DNA from: Actinomycetes bacterium
GTDB taxonomy: Bacteria > Actinomycetota > CALGFH01
Assembly: GCA_036000965.1 (NCBI GenBank)
Contig: DASYUT010000164.1
Coordinates: 1,932 to 65,931 of the forward strand
Length of the DNA: 64,000 nt
Direction of reading: 5' to 3'
Part shown: one piece after another, positions 19,701 to 28,009 of the stretch
Layout of the letters: each line of letters opens with the position of its first letter
Position numbering within the stretch: position 1 is the first letter of the stretch
The notes under the pieces: model-generated
What the model saw: only the letters and a program-made list of their open reading frames with translations
Database searches by the model: none
What the model was told of the DNA's origin: nothing
Made by a program: the position numbers and the translations under genes

Positions 19701-20622
19701 GGTGGGCGGTGTCGCGGGCCCGGCCGGCGGCCGGCTCCTCCGCGGCCAGCACGGCCTGGATGCGCTGCTCGTCCCCTTGGGCCGCGCCGTGGGCCGCTTC
19801 CAGCGCGGCCAGGCGGGCCGAGAACGCCCGCTCCTCGGCCTCGAGCGCGGCCGAGCGCTCCCGGGCCGCAGCCAGCTCGCGGGTACGCAGGGTCACCCGG
19901 ACCTCGCGCAGCTCGGCGGCCACCTCGCCGGCCTTGCGGGCGGTCTCGGCCTGCTGCTGCAGCGGCTTGAGCTGGCGTCGCAGCTCGCCGACCAGGTCGG
20001 AGAGCCGCAGGAGGTGCTGCTCCATGCCGGCCAGCTTGCGAAGCGCCTTCTCCTTGCGCCGCCGGTGCTTGTAGATGCCGGCGGCCTCCTCGACGGCGGC
20101 CCTGCGGTCCTCGGGGCGGCCCTGCAGGACGTCGTCGAGGTGGCCCTGGCCGAGGATGGTGTGCAGCTCGCGGCCGACCCCGGTGTCGGAGAGCAGCTCC
20201 TGGAGGTCGAGCAGCCGGCAGGCGGTGCCGTTCAGGGAGTACTCGCTCTCGCCCGACCGGTACAGGTGCCTGGCCATCGTGACCTCGGTGTACTCGATCG
20301 GCAGCACGCCGGCGGAGTTGTCGATGGTCAGGGCCACCTCGGCCCGGCCCAGGGCGGGCCGGCGGCCGGTGCCGGCGAAGATCACGTCCTCCATCTTGCC
20401 GCCCCGCAGCGACTTGGCCCCCTGCTCGCCGAGGACCCAGGCGATGGCGTCGACGACGTTCGACTTGCCAGAGCCGTTGGGCCCGACGATGACCGTGACT
20501 CCAGGCTCGAAGTCCAGCACGGTCTTGTCCGCGAACGACTTGAACCCACGCAGGGTCAGCGACTTCAAGAACACGCGGCTGGCCCGGGACCTTTCGTCGA
20601 GATGGTCCTGATCATCCTGCAC
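16777..20622 (-). CDS. smc: Chromosome segregation protein SMC
   Basis: Walker A (…FLKSLTLRGFKSFADKTVLDFEPGVTVIVGPNGSGKSNVVDAI…), long coiled coils, hinge, and the C-terminal LSGGE…/DE…D signature (…LSLLSGGERSLVALAFCFAIF…FYVLDEVEAALDD…). The true start is probably the GTG at ~20574 (VFLKSL). A ~100-aa Pro/Ala-rich C-terminal tail follows the conserved end. Confidence 0.9.
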   Translation of the reverse strand: MQDDQDHLDERSRASRVFLKSLTLRGFKSFADKTVLDFEPGVTVIVGPNGSGKSNVVDAIAWVLGEQGAKSLRGGKMEDVIFAGTGRRPALGRAEVALTIDNSAGVLPIEYTEVTMARHLYRSGESEYSLNGTACRLLDLQELLSDTGVGRELHTILGQGHLDDVLQGRPEDRRAAVEEAAGIYKHRRRKEKALRKLAGMEQHLLRLSDLVGELRRQLKPLQQQAETARKAGEVAAELREVRVTLRTRELAAARERSAALEAEERAFSARLAALEAAHGAAQGDEQRIQAVLAAEEPAAGRARDTAHRLATVRERLRGTMALAEERSRHLAQALAEDAEGRSPTDLEREADELAVELAGVERALAEATAASEQTESARARARAELAAFDEAATGAERDRARAHQREVELAGDIAGTRRAIEQMEAETARLRAQATTVEARRAEVAGQLAAMQGEIAELEAGETALDEVLAKVQEARDRQAAERARLAAEERRLERERSAVHARRQAFEATARAAGGDALSALQRAGTAGVLGPLAPSLSVDAGYEAAVAAALGPDADAILVQAPGTAATAAAVLRDSGSGRAILLHPGAEPGGEGDGPLLSGRVRASGAAGEVARRLLAGVLVAADLGEAMALAERHPGCRVVTRAGELVAPGRVEGGQVPEASGLAARRAADEAALRERQAETALAALTTGLRAAERALEPLEADVDAAAAAIRDSDARVSGVTERLALVDKELHRLEREAAAVAARLGELAAGAGGAAGRLAGAEARLAALKAERQGAPAPDPAAREPLADAIEQAQQAATTARVAAAAVGERRRLLADRERALRAQAAAEAEAAERRARAQAQRLAGAGRAAEAARLAGTVLGRLEGSLAAATAERDRLVEVVRRARAELGEAQARLRSARAALDDHQAATRAGDSARVEARLRAEDLARRLVEEYAVDPEDALREYLPDEHGLASDSLPEGDPRRLPDAELRRVATALERRLTLLGRVNPLALEEFNAMEERYAFLSGQLQDLKESRRDLLKVVKAVDERVREVFAEAFADVAREFERTFALLFPGGEGRLVLTDPEDLLNSGVEVEARPPGKRVRRLSLLSGGERSLVALAFCFAIFRARPSPFYVLDEVEAALDDVNLQRFLDLLDDTREHAQLLVVSHQRRTMEAADALYGVSMQDGGVSKVVSQRLREDTRWPAGSREDARWPAGARPAPARPARRPAPARPAGQRPPPAGPRVAEPEADAIVLDDEPDPTGASQPGRNGGNLGGGGTPTVGTGDAVAPVEVR

Positions 20623-20768
20623 CCGCCCGGGGACCGGGTGTGGGATGCCGCGGGGCCTCCGAACCGGTACCCCGGTGCGCTTCCTGGACCCGCCGGAAGC
20701 GGGCGGGGGAAGTGAGGCGGCAGTCTAGCACGAGCCTCTGACAGCCTTCCGGGCAGGGCACACGAGAA

Positions 20769-20790
20769 GGGGCCCTCCTGCGAGGGCCCC
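20769..20790 (-). terminator. Perfect 9-bp GC stem-loop (GGGGCCCTC-GCAG-GAGGGCCCC) downstream of the small coiled-coil ORF, before smc
   Basis: It lies 19 nt after the stop codon of the 20810..20994 gene on the minus strand, flanked by U-rich sequence (5' UUUUUCCCUUUUC, 3' UUCUCGUGUG). Confidence 0.4.
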
Positions 20791-20809
20791 GAAAAGGGAA
20801 AAACCCCGG

Positions 20810-20994
20810 CTATGCCAGGGCTGCTTCTTTCTGGACCGAGGGACGGAAGTCCTCGCCGTCGCGAAGGGAGATCTCCCGCTCCGCCACGGCGAGAGCCCGC
20901 TCAAGCTCGGCTACACGCGCCTTAAGGGCGTTCAACTCCCGCAGGATCATGTATGCGGGCGGCTGACCCACATAGCCCATGAGCGCCTTCGACA
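20810..20994 (-). CDS. Small coiled-coil protein (61 aa), hypothetical
   Basis: ATG complementing 20992-20994 with GGAGGAG 8 nt upstream. Sequence MSKALMGYVGQPPAYMILRELNALKARVAELERALAVAEREISLRDGEDF… The ORF-track version (69 aa) starts further upstream. Confidence 0.4.
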
Positions 20995-21322
20995 TCCGGA
21001 AAGCTCCTCCCCTCAGCAACGGCCCGCACGGCGGCCGTTGCGCTCATCCGCTCGGTGGCACGACCCAGGGGCCGCCCGTGTGCCGACGCGGAATACTCCG
21101 ACGGCTGGCTCCTACTGTCTTTTCTCTGGGCGAGGAAGTCCCACGGCTTGTGCGACATCCATCCCGGTGGCGGGAGAACCATCGGGCCCGTCGCACACCG
21201 CCTCAGGGCGGCCCCAGAGAGCTGATTTCACAAGGGGACGATAGCACGTTTTGACTGGACCGCCAAGTAGCGCTTGTGAAAAACTAGACGCTGATAGCGG
21301 TCGTCTCGCTACGTAAAGTGCG

Positions 21323-21613
21323 CTATCTTGCCTCGAACCCGTCGAATTCCCCGGTCGCTGCTGCCCGCTCGGCGTGCACGTAGCTGACCGTCGCGAACCG
21401 CGGCCCGGTGTGCAGGTAGGCTTCGAGTTGATCGAGACCCTCGGGCGAGCCTTCAGCCTCGACGTGAACCGAACCGTCCGAGGTGTTCCTGGCGAACCCG
21501 GTGAGGCCGAGCTGCCACGCCAGGCGCCAGACGCCGTAGCGGAAGCCCACCCCCTGGACGTCGCCCCGGACCACCGCCCGGAGCCGGATGCTGGCTGCCA
21601 TGCGCCCGAGCAT
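21323..21613 (-). CDS. acyP: Acylphosphatase
   Basis: …ASIRLRAVVRGDVQGVGFRYGVWRLAWQLGLTGFARNTSDGSVHVEAEG… is the VxGxVQGVxFR signature; ~92-96 aa. The remaining N-terminus of the 188-aa ORF is an artefact. Confidence 0.85.
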   Translation of the reverse strand: MLGRMAASIRLRAVVRGDVQGVGFRYGVWRLAWQLGLTGFARNTSDGSVHVEAEGSPEGLDQLEAYLHTGPRFATVSYVHAERAAATGEFDGFEAR

Positions 21614-21664
21614 ATGCTCCCCGGCAGCTGCTGAGGGGGAGTCGCCGGCGGACTTTGCTACCGG

Positions 21665-21995
21665 CGGTCCTCGGTCGAGGTGGGGGAGCTCGCTCTGGCG
21701 TGGCGTGCCCTGAGCGTCGTCCTGGTTCGATGTGGGGGGAACTCGCTCTGGCGGCGACTGTCGCCCTTGGTCTGCGCGCAGCGGCGTGTCCTGGCCGGCC
21801 GTCCTGGTTCGATGTGGGGGGAGCTCGCTCCCCCCACGGCCCCCCAGGAGCGCCTGTGCCATCGTGCTGGGGGAGCCGCGGTCCGGCAAGGTCTACGCTC
21901 CCCCCACGGCCCCCCAACAGCGCCTGTGCCATGGTCAGGCGGATCCCGACGCCGACATGGCCCCCAACAGCGCCTGGGGCATGGCCAGGGGGATC
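21665..21995. repeat. Interleaved intergenic repeat families between acyP and the L,D-transpeptidase gene
   Basis: Family A is GG(T)TCGA(G/T)GTGGGGG(G)A(G/A)CTCGCTC at ~21671, 21723 and 21805. Family B is GCTCCCCCCACGGCCCCCCA(A/G)(C/G)AGCGCCTG(T/G)GCCATGG at ~21827, 21897 and 21957. The A3/B1 junction forms an 8-bp G-run/C-run hairpin (GTGGGGGG-agctcgct-CCCCCCAC). Confidence 0.7.
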
Positions 21996-22007
21996 CCGCC
22001 GGGGTGG

Positions 22008-22847
22008 CTAGCGCCGGATGGTCACAGGGGTGCCCAAGGGCAGCAGGCGGGCCAGGGTGCTGATCGACCCGTTGTCCAGGCGGACGCAGCCGTTGGAGAC
22101 GGCCCGGCCCAGGTCCGACGCCCGGGAGGTGCCGTGCAGGGCGATCTGGCCGTTGCCGGTGCCGAACTGGTCGAGCACGTTGGAGTAGCCCGACAGGCCG
22201 AGCGCCCAGGCCCCGTAGACCCGGGCGATCTCGGGCGGGCGGAGCTTGATGGTGACGTAGAAGCGCCCGGTCGGGGTGGGCGTGTTCGGCCTGCCGACGC
22301 CCACCTGGATGCGGCGCACCAGCATTCCGCCCTGGAACAGGCTGAGCCGGCGCTCCGACAGGTCGATCTCGACGCGGTGGCTGAGCGGCACCAGGCGCAC
22401 CTGGTCGTCGCGGACCCAGCCGGTCGACTCGTTCGGGCGGCGGGGCATGAAGACCTTGAACCAACGGCGGCCCGCCTCGTCGCGGCGCTGGTGGACCAGG
22501 AACGCGGTCGGGACCCCGGCCCGCTGCTTGGCTGGGAACAGCGCGACCACGTCCTGGTTGGCCGGGGCCGACCAGACCGTCACGTCGGTGGTGGCCAGGG
22601 CGGCGAAGCCCACCTTGCCGGCCGGCAGGGTCCAGCCGGCGGTGCCAGGTGCATGCGAGCCGCCGGTCCTGGGGCCGACGCCCGACGGCGGGGTGGCCTG
22701 GGAGCCGGCGTCCTGCGCAGGGTCCGCCGCCTGCGTGGCCGGCGGGTCCGGGTCGCGTGGGGACGACCCCCCGCAGCCGGCGACCAGGATGGCGACGGCG
22801 ACGGTGAGCGCGGCGGTGAGCCGGAGCGCGGACCGGCGCGGCACCAT
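22008..22847 (-). CDS. L,D-transpeptidase (YkuD domain) lipoprotein
   Basis: Start MVPRRSALRLTAALTVAVAILVAGCGG with lipobox LVAGC. YkuD catalytic region …IALHGTSRASDLGRAVSNGCVRLDN…. GAGGAG RBS; 279 aa. Confidence 0.85.
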   Translation of the reverse strand: MVPRRSALRLTAALTVAVAILVAGCGGSSPRDPDPPATQAADPAQDAGSQATPPSGVGPRTGGSHAPGTAGWTLPAGKVGFAALATTDVTVWSAPANQDVVALFPAKQRAGVPTAFLVHQRRDEAGRRWFKVFMPRRPNESTGWVRDDQVRLVPLSHRVEIDLSERRLSLFQGGMLVRRIQVGVGRPNTPTPTGRFYVTIKLRPPEIARVYGAWALGLSGYSNVLDQFGTGNGQIALHGTSRASDLGRAVSNGCVRLDNGSISTLARLLPLGTPVTIRR

Positions 22848-22861
22848 GGTGGGGACTCCTC

Positions 22862-23695
22862 TCAGCTCTGGCACTTCGGGCAGTAGAACGTGCTCACCTG
22901 CTCGAGCTGCTCGCACACCAGCGGCGTGCGGCAGCGCTGGCACGGCTGCCCGTCGCGCTGGTATGCGCTCAGCTGGGACTGATATTCCCCCTTGTTGCCA
23001 TAGAGATCGACGTGAAGGTCGTCGCCGACCGACGTCCCCCGCAGGCGCACCGCCTCCTGGACGACCTCCCGGATCGCCCGGTACAGGCGCCGGACCTCCT
23101 GGGCGGTCAGCGTGTCCGAACGCCTGTCCCAGCGGAGCGCGCTCACCCAGAGGATCTCGTCGGCGTAGATGCGCCCGATCCCGGCTACGAACGACTCGTC
23201 GGTGAGCAGGGGCCGGAGCCTGGCCCGCCGGGAGAGCAGCCTGGCGTTGAACGCCTGCCAAGTGAAGGCGTCGGTGAGCGGGTCGATGGCTGCCGAGCGG
23301 GCCCGCGGGTCGGCGTCCGCGTCGCCGGGCGCGGCCACGAACAGCTCGCCGTCGTCGCCCAGGTGGAGGACGCGCAGGTCGCCACCGGTGGAGAAGGTGA
23401 TCACGGCGTCGGTGCGCTGCTCGACCGGGGCCGCGGTGCGCTCCTTCAGCAGCTGCCCGCTTGCGCCCAGGCGGATGGCGAGCACGCCGCCGCCGTCGAG
23501 GCCGAGCAGCAGGGTGGAGCCGCGCCGGCCGACCTCGGCCACCCTGCGGCCGAGCAGCCGGTCGGCGAACTCGGCGCGGTCCGGGTGGCGGCGGACGGCC
23601 CCGGCCACCTTGACGTCGACTCCCTTGACCTTCCTGCCGACGATCACGCGCTCGAGATCGCGGCGAAGGGTCTCAACCTCGGGCAGCTCGGGCAA
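22862..23695 (-). CDS. mutM: Formamidopyrimidine-DNA glycosylase
   Basis: MPELPEVETLRRDLE… (catalytic Pro2/Glu3), H2TH region, and a C-terminal zinc finger CQRCRTPL…YCPKCQ. Confidence 0.9.
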   Translation of the reverse strand: MPELPEVETLRRDLERVIVGRKVKGVDVKVAGAVRRHPDRAEFADRLLGRRVAEVGRRGSTLLLGLDGGGVLAIRLGASGQLLKERTAAPVEQRTDAVITFSTGGDLRVLHLGDDGELFVAAPGDADADPRARSAAIDPLTDAFTWQAFNARLLSRRARLRPLLTDESFVAGIGRIYADEILWVSALRWDRRSDTLTAQEVRRLYRAIREVVQEAVRLRGTSVGDDLHVDLYGNKGEYQSQLSAYQRDGQPCQRCRTPLVCEQLEQVSTFYCPKCQS

Positions 23696-23779
23696 AGGGC
23701 TCCTCCGGTAGTCGCCACGGCCCGAGTAGTCTCCCCCGGGGATGGCAGAAAAGTGTAACCGGTCACCTCACGCGGGACG

Positions 23780-23928
23780 GTCATCTGGGGAGGTCCGGGG
23801 ACTCGGGCAGCGGGGCGGGAACCCCGGGTGATCTGCGGGTCAGGGGCTCAGGCAGTGGGGCGGGAGCCCTCGGGTCATCTGCGGAGGTCGGGGGTCTGGC
23901 AGCGGGGCGGGAGTGCCAGGGTCATCTG
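23780..23928. repeat. Tandem array of ~47-nt units (3 full copies plus a partial copy) between the two fpg/nei paralogs
   Basis: Units start at 23780 (GTCATCTG…), 23828 (GTGATCTG…) and 23873 (GTCATCTG…); the partial copy at 23921 contains the TGA stop of the upstream fpg/nei gene. Each unit carries a GGAGG-like motif and a GGGGCGGGA(N)CC core. Confidence 0.8.
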
Positions 23929-24770
23929 AGGAAGCGGGAGCGGCGGCGGTCGGCGAGGAAGCGGCCGCTGGTCTGGCAGGTCGGGCAGTAGGAGGTCTCC
24001 CGCTCCCCCATCCACACCGAGCGGATCGTGTCGCCGCACACGAAGCACGCCGCCCCGGCCCGGCCGTGGACCGCGAACTGGCGGGCCGACGCCTTGGGGA
24101 TGACCACCTGGCCGCGGACCTGCTCGGCCAGGGCGCCCCTGGCCTCACCGAGCACGCCCACAAGGCTCGCGTGCAAGCGCGAGACCTCGTCGGGGGCGAG
24201 CCGGTCGGGCCGGGCGAAGGGCGACAGGCGGGCCCGGTGCAGCACGTCGTCGCTCCAGGCGTTGCCAACCCCGGACATGCCCTTCTGGTCGGTGAGCATC
24301 CCCTTGAGGGTGTGGCCGCCGGCGGCCAGGATCGCGCCGAGGACCGCCACGGTGAACCCGGGGTCGAGCGGTTCGGGACCCAGACCAGCCACCCCGGGGA
24401 CCTTCTCCGGGTCGTCCACCAGCCAGACCGCGGCCCGCCGCTGCGTGCCCCCCTCGGTCACGGCAGCAACCCGGCCGTCGGCGAGCTCGAGGGCCAGCAC
24501 CCCGCCCCGGCGGGGAGGCGGCTTGGTCCCCAGCGAGATGCGACCGCCGAGGGACAGGTGGACGACCAAATACCAGCCGGACAGCTCGAGCCAGACGTAC
24601 TTGGCCCTCCTGCCCGCGCCCGTGACCACCCGGCCGACCAGCGCGTCCAGCGGCGGGTCGACGGTCTTCAGGGCGGCGACCGAGTACGGGCGCACCGCAG
24701 CCACCGTGGCCCCGGCCAGGTGCGCGGCCAGGTTCTCGGCGAGCACGTCGAGCTCTGGGAGCTCGGGCAT
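23922..24770 (-). CDS. Second Fpg/Nei-family DNA glycosylase paralog
   Basis: MPELPELDVLAENL… with a zinc finger CFVCGDTI…YCPTCQT. Sits directly upstream of mutM in the same orientation, with a 47-nt tandem repeat array in the spacer. Confidence 0.85.
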   Translation of the reverse strand: MPELPELDVLAENLAAHLAGATVAAVRPYSVAALKTVDPPLDALVGRVVTGAGRRAKYVWLELSGWYLVVHLSLGGRISLGTKPPPRRGGVLALELADGRVAAVTEGGTQRRAAVWLVDDPEKVPGVAGLGPEPLDPGFTVAVLGAILAAGGHTLKGMLTDQKGMSGVGNAWSDDVLHRARLSPFARPDRLAPDEVSRLHASLVGVLGEARGALAEQVRGQVVIPKASARQFAVHGRAGAACFVCGDTIRSVWMGERETSYCPTCQTSGRFLADRRRSRFLR

Positions 24771-24779
24771 CGCGCCCCG

Positions 24780-25664
24780 CTACCCGTCGGCGGACAGCAT
24801 GCCCGGGTCGCCCCCGGCCCGGCTGGCCGCCTTGCCACCCTGGCCGTTGGCCGTGGCGTCGGGCTCGGCCCGTGTCTCGGCCGAGGCCCGTGTCTCCTCC
24901 TCGGCCTCGGCGGCCGGGACGACCTCTGCCTCGCCGCTGTCGCCGGTGCCGGTGACCATGCGCGAGGAGACCAGCGACTCGAACGCCTCCTGGGCGGCGT
25001 GCTGCTCGGCCTCCTTCTTGGAACGGCCCTGGCCGGTGCCGTAGGCGGTGCCGGCGACCGAGACGGTGGCCGTGAACTGCTTCGCGTGGTCGGGGCCCTC
25101 CTCCTGGATCGAGTACGAGGGCATGCCACCGAGGCTGGACGCCGCCAGCTCCTGCAGCGAGGTCTTGTAGTCGAGGGCGGCGCCGCGGCCGGCCGCCTCC
25201 ATGACCCGCCCCTCGAACAGGCGCCGGATCAGGTTGGCGGCGCGGGCCAGGCCCTTGTCCAGGTAGACCGCGCCAAGGATCGCCTCGAGGGTGTCGGCCA
25301 GGATCGACGACTTGTCACGGCCGCCCGACAGCTCCTCGCCCCGTCCGAGGCGCACCGCCGCACCAACTCCGAGCCCCCTGGCCACGTCGGCGAGCACGTT
25401 CATGTTGACCGTGGCCGCCCGCAGCTTGGCCAGCTGGCCTTCGGGGAGGTTGGGGAAGGCGCGGTAGATGATGTCGGTGACCACGAGGCCGAGCACGGCG
25501 TCGCCGAGGAACTCGAGCCGCTCGTTGGTGGGCAGACCGCCGTTCTCGTAGGCGTAGGAGCGGTGCGTGAAAGCCCAGACGTAGAGCTCCTCGTTGCCGA
25601 AGCGGACGCCGAGCGCCCTCTCGATCGGCAGCCGCTTATTCAACCTCGACGACCTGGCGCCCAC
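24780..25664 (-). CDS. rnc: Ribonuclease III
   Basis: …[48 protein letters not shown]… (RNase III signature) plus a C-terminal dsRBD (…[14 protein letters not shown]…). GTG start at 25662-25664 overlapping rpmF; a TTG at 25641-25643 is an alternative. Ala/Glu-rich C-terminal tail. Confidence 0.85.
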   Translation of the reverse strand: MGARSSRLNKRLPIERALGVRFGNEELYVWAFTHRSYAYENGGLPTNERLEFLGDAVLGLVVTDIIYRAFPNLPEGQLAKLRAATVNMNVLADVARGLGVGAAVRLGRGEELSGGRDKSSILADTLEAILGAVYLDKGLARAANLIRRLFEGRVMEAAGRGAALDYKTSLQELAASSLGGMPSYSIQEEGPDHAKQFTATVSVAGTAYGTGQGRSKKEAEQHAAQEAFESLVSSRMVTGTGDSGEAEVVPAAEAEEETRASAETRAEPDATANGQGGKAASRAGGDPGMLSADG

Positions 25665-25812
25665 CGTAGTACCCACAGTTCTTGCAGACGGCGTGGGGCA
25701 GCTTGGCGTACCGGCACTGGGGGCAGGCGGCGTAGGTCGGCGCGTTGCTCTTCCACTTCGAGCGCCGCGCGCGGGTGGTGGAGCGCGGCGTCTTGCGCTT
25801 AGGGACGGGCAT
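25636..25812 (-). CDS. rpmF: 50S ribosomal protein L32 (58 aa; below the ORF-track size cutoff)
   Basis: Manual translation gives [58 protein letters not shown] from the ATG complementing 25810-25812, with GGAGGA 5 nt upstream. Confidence 0.9.
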   Translation of the reverse strand: MPVPKRKTPRSTTRARRSKWKSNAPTYAACPQCRYAKLPHAVCKNCGYYGGRQVVEVE

Positions 25813-26398
25813 CGTCTTCCTCCTCGGTGTGAACGGTGGAGCTGGCCGGCGGGACCGGATCGTCGGGGACCAGCCGGGCGCCCAGCCCGGCCAGGGCGGC
25901 CCAGCGGGGGTCGCCCGCGCCGGCCTGGTGGCCGCAGTCGACGACGTTCCGGTCGGCCCCGCAGACCGGGCAGAGCCCGGCGCAGTCGGGGCTGTGGAGC
26001 GGGGCGGACGGGAAGGCCAGTACCAAGGCGTCCCTGATCATCGTGTCCATGGGCAGCCGGTCGTCGGGCAGCAGCGCGTAGCCCTCCTCCTCGGCGCTCC
26101 TGGAGTCGAGGGCGAACAGCTCCCGCACGCGGACCTGGAGGTCCTGCTCGAACTCGCGCAGGCAGCGGACGCACTGGAGCGTCACCCTGGTGGTCACCTC
26201 GCCGCTGACGAGCAGGCCCTCGACGACGCTCTCGACCTCGGCGTCGACGTGGATGGGAGCGTCGTCGGCGACCCGGGCGACCGGCGTGGCCAGCCCGGGC
26301 AGGGTGCCGTCCAGGATCACGTGCCGGTGCGCTCCGGGATGCCTGACGAGCGCGCGGACACCTACGACGAACTCGGGTGCTGCGGTTTGCTTGGACAT
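25799..26398 (-). CDS. YceD/DUF177 family protein (23S rRNA accumulation protein-like)
   Basis: Start [27 protein letters not shown]…; conserved Cys cluster CVRCLREF…[17 protein letters not shown]; acidic C-terminus. Standard partner immediately upstream of rpmF. Confidence 0.85.
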   Translation of the reverse strand: MSKQTAAPEFVVGVRALVRHPGAHRHVILDGTLPGLATPVARVADDAPIHVDAEVESVVEGLLVSGEVTTRVTLQCVRCLREFEQDLQVRVRELFALDSRSAEEEGYALLPDDRLPMDTMIRDALVLAFPSAPLHSPDCAGLCPVCGADRNVVDCGHQAGAGDPRWAALAGLGARLVPDDPVPPASSTVHTEEEDDARP

Positions 26399-26660
26399 GA
26401 CGAACAGGTGGATCGTGCGGGGTGGCGGGCGCGCCCGGACCGGGAATGCCGACGAGCGCATCGACCTGCCGGCGGCAGGCCGCCCGGCGAAGGGTAGCAG
26501 AGGGCCGGCGCCTGGGCGAGTACGGGCCCCGGGTCAGACCGGGGCCACCGCTCCACCAGGCTGCCGCTCCACCACCTGAGCCCCGGACCCCCGGGGCCAG
26601 ACCGGGGCCACCGCTCACCACCTGAGCGCTGCACCACCTGAGCCCCGGGCCTCGCGCGCT

Positions 26661-27182
26661 TCAGGCGAGCGCGCCCCCGGCGGCACGCTCACGCAGCCTG
26701 GCCAGCACGAAGTCGGGCACCAGGCCGCTGACGTCGCCCCCGTGGCGGGCGACCTCCTTGACCAGGCTCGAGCTGAGGTAGGAGTACGACGGGTTGGTGG
26801 TCATGAACAGCGTCTCGACCCCGGCCAGCCGGTAGTTCATCTGCGCCATCTGCAGCTCGTAGTCGAAGTCGCTGATCGCCCGGAGCCCCTTGACGATCGC
26901 GGTGACCGACCGGTCGCGGGCGTAGTCGACGAGCAGGCCGGAGAACGAGTCGACCTCGACCCCCGGGATCGCGGCGGTCGCCTCCTTGAGCATGGCCAGG
27001 CGCTCGTCGAGCGAGAACAGCGGCGTCTTGGAGGGGTTGGTGAGCACCGCCACGATGACCCGGTCGAAGCAGGCCGCCGCTCTGGTCACGATGTCGAGGT
27101 GACCGTTGGTCACCGGGTCGTAGGTGCCTGGGCAGCATGCGGTCCCCACGGGCGCCTCCTGCGTTCCATGGTCCAGGGTCAC
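26661..27182 (-). CDS. coaD: Phosphopantetheine adenylyltransferase
   Basis: …TACCPGTYDPVTNGHLDIVTRAA…VLTNPSKTPLFSLDERL…; a TxGH nucleotidyltransferase. The start may be an internal GTG. Confidence 0.9.
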   Translation of the reverse strand: MTLDHGTQEAPVGTACCPGTYDPVTNGHLDIVTRAAACFDRVIVAVLTNPSKTPLFSLDERLAMLKEATAAIPGVEVDSFSGLLVDYARDRSVTAIVKGLRAISDFDYELQMAQMNYRLAGVETLFMTTNPSYSYLSSSLVKEVARHGGDVSGLVPDFVLARLRERAAGGALA

Positions 27183-27245
27183 GGGCCTCCTCGGTCTCGC
27201 CCCGCCGGCCGGCGGCAGGGGGGCCAGGGTATCGGGTCCGGCAGG

Positions 27246-27815
27246 TCACGGCCCGGCCGCCGGCGGGACGAAGGTGGCCAGGTGCAGCGCGGTGTCGCCG
27301 TAGCGGCGCGGCCGCTCCGGCTCGAACCCGGCGGGCCAGGGCGGCGGCTCGGCGCGGGCGGCCGTCTCGAGCACGACCACGGCCCCAGGGGCCAGCGCGC
27401 CGACCAGGCCCAGGCGGGCGAGCAGGCCGGCCACCAGACCGACCCCGTGCGCGTAGGGCGGGTCGAGGAAGACCAGGTCGAAGGGTCCGACGCGCTCGCC
27501 TCGGAGGTAGGTCTCAGCCCTGGTGCGCCGCACCGAGGCCACCCCGGTCAGCTCCAGGGCGTCCAGGTTGGCGCGGATGACCGCCGCGGCCGGCGCGGCC
27601 TGCTCGACCAGGACCGCCGAGCGGGCGCCCCGGGACAGCGCCTCGATGGCGAGCGCGCCGGTGCCGGCGAACAGGTCGAGCACGCGGGCGCCCACGACCC
27701 GGTCGCCGAGCACCCCGAACAGCGCCTCCCGGACCCGGTCGCTGGTCGGGCGGGTCGCCGTGCCGGGCACGGCCCGCAGCCGGCGACCCCCGAGCCGGCC
27801 CGCCACGACACGCAC
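27246..27815 (-). CDS. rsmD: 16S rRNA (guanine966-N2)-methyltransferase RsmD
   Basis: GTG start (VRVVAGRLGGRRLRAVPGTATRPTSDRVREALFGVL…LDLFAGTGALAIEALSRGA…FLDPPY); SD GAGGGAGG. The Pro/Arg-rich 90-aa N-terminal extension in the ORF track is probably an artefact. Confidence 0.85.
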   Translation of the reverse strand: MRVVAGRLGGRRLRAVPGTATRPTSDRVREALFGVLGDRVVGARVLDLFAGTGALAIEALSRGARSAVLVEQAAPAAAVIRANLDALELTGVASVRRTRAETYLRGERVGPFDLVFLDPPYAHGVGLVAGLLARLGLVGALAPGAVVVLETAARAEPPPWPAGFEPERPRRYGDTALHLATFVPPAAGP

Positions 27816-27920
27816 GGCACCCTCCCTCAGGTCGCCACCTGCGCCCCTGGACAGCTTGGCAGAGCCGGGGTCGGGCAGTCGGCTACCCGAACCCCTACCC
27901 GAACCCCGGACTGGTCGGAC

Positions 27921-28009
27921 TCCAGCGCCTCGGCCCGGCCCGGGAGGCGGTGGGCGCGGCGCAGCTCCTCGGGCGGGAAGTCGGGCACCCGGCCGTGGCG
28001 GTCGAGGCA
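27921..28009. repeat. ~89-nt near-identical copy (2 mismatches) of an internal recG segment (recG 31632-31720), in the rsmD-trmB intergenic region
   Basis: Both copies read CTCCAGCGCCTCGGCCCGGCCCGGGAGGCGGTGGGCGCGGCGCAGCTCCTCGGGC(A/G)GGAAGTCGGGCACCCGGCCGT(A/G)GCGGTCGAG. The intergenic copy is followed by a 21-nt stutter (CACCCGGCTGTAGCGGTCGAG). Confidence 0.8.

Noticed and set aside
16609-20715. 1368-aa plus-strand ORF
   Set aside because: Antisense of smc; Gly/Ala/Arg low complexity. The minus strand encodes a full SMC with all signature motifs.
21723-21830. GGTTCGATG motifs resembling a tRNA T-arm
   Set aside because: They are part of repeat family A and occur three times. No acceptor or anticodon stems could be folded, so this is not a tRNA.
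21640-24000. Repeat arrays at 21.7, 23.8 and 63.1 kb considered as possible CRISPR arrays
   Set aside because: There are no unique spacers between the repeats. The units are directly abutting, variable, and derived from the 3' ends of adjacent genes. No cas genes are present in the window.
23913-25802. 629-aa plus-strand ORF
   Set aside because: Antisense of the fpg/nei paralog and rnc. Gly/Arg/Ala low-complexity translation.
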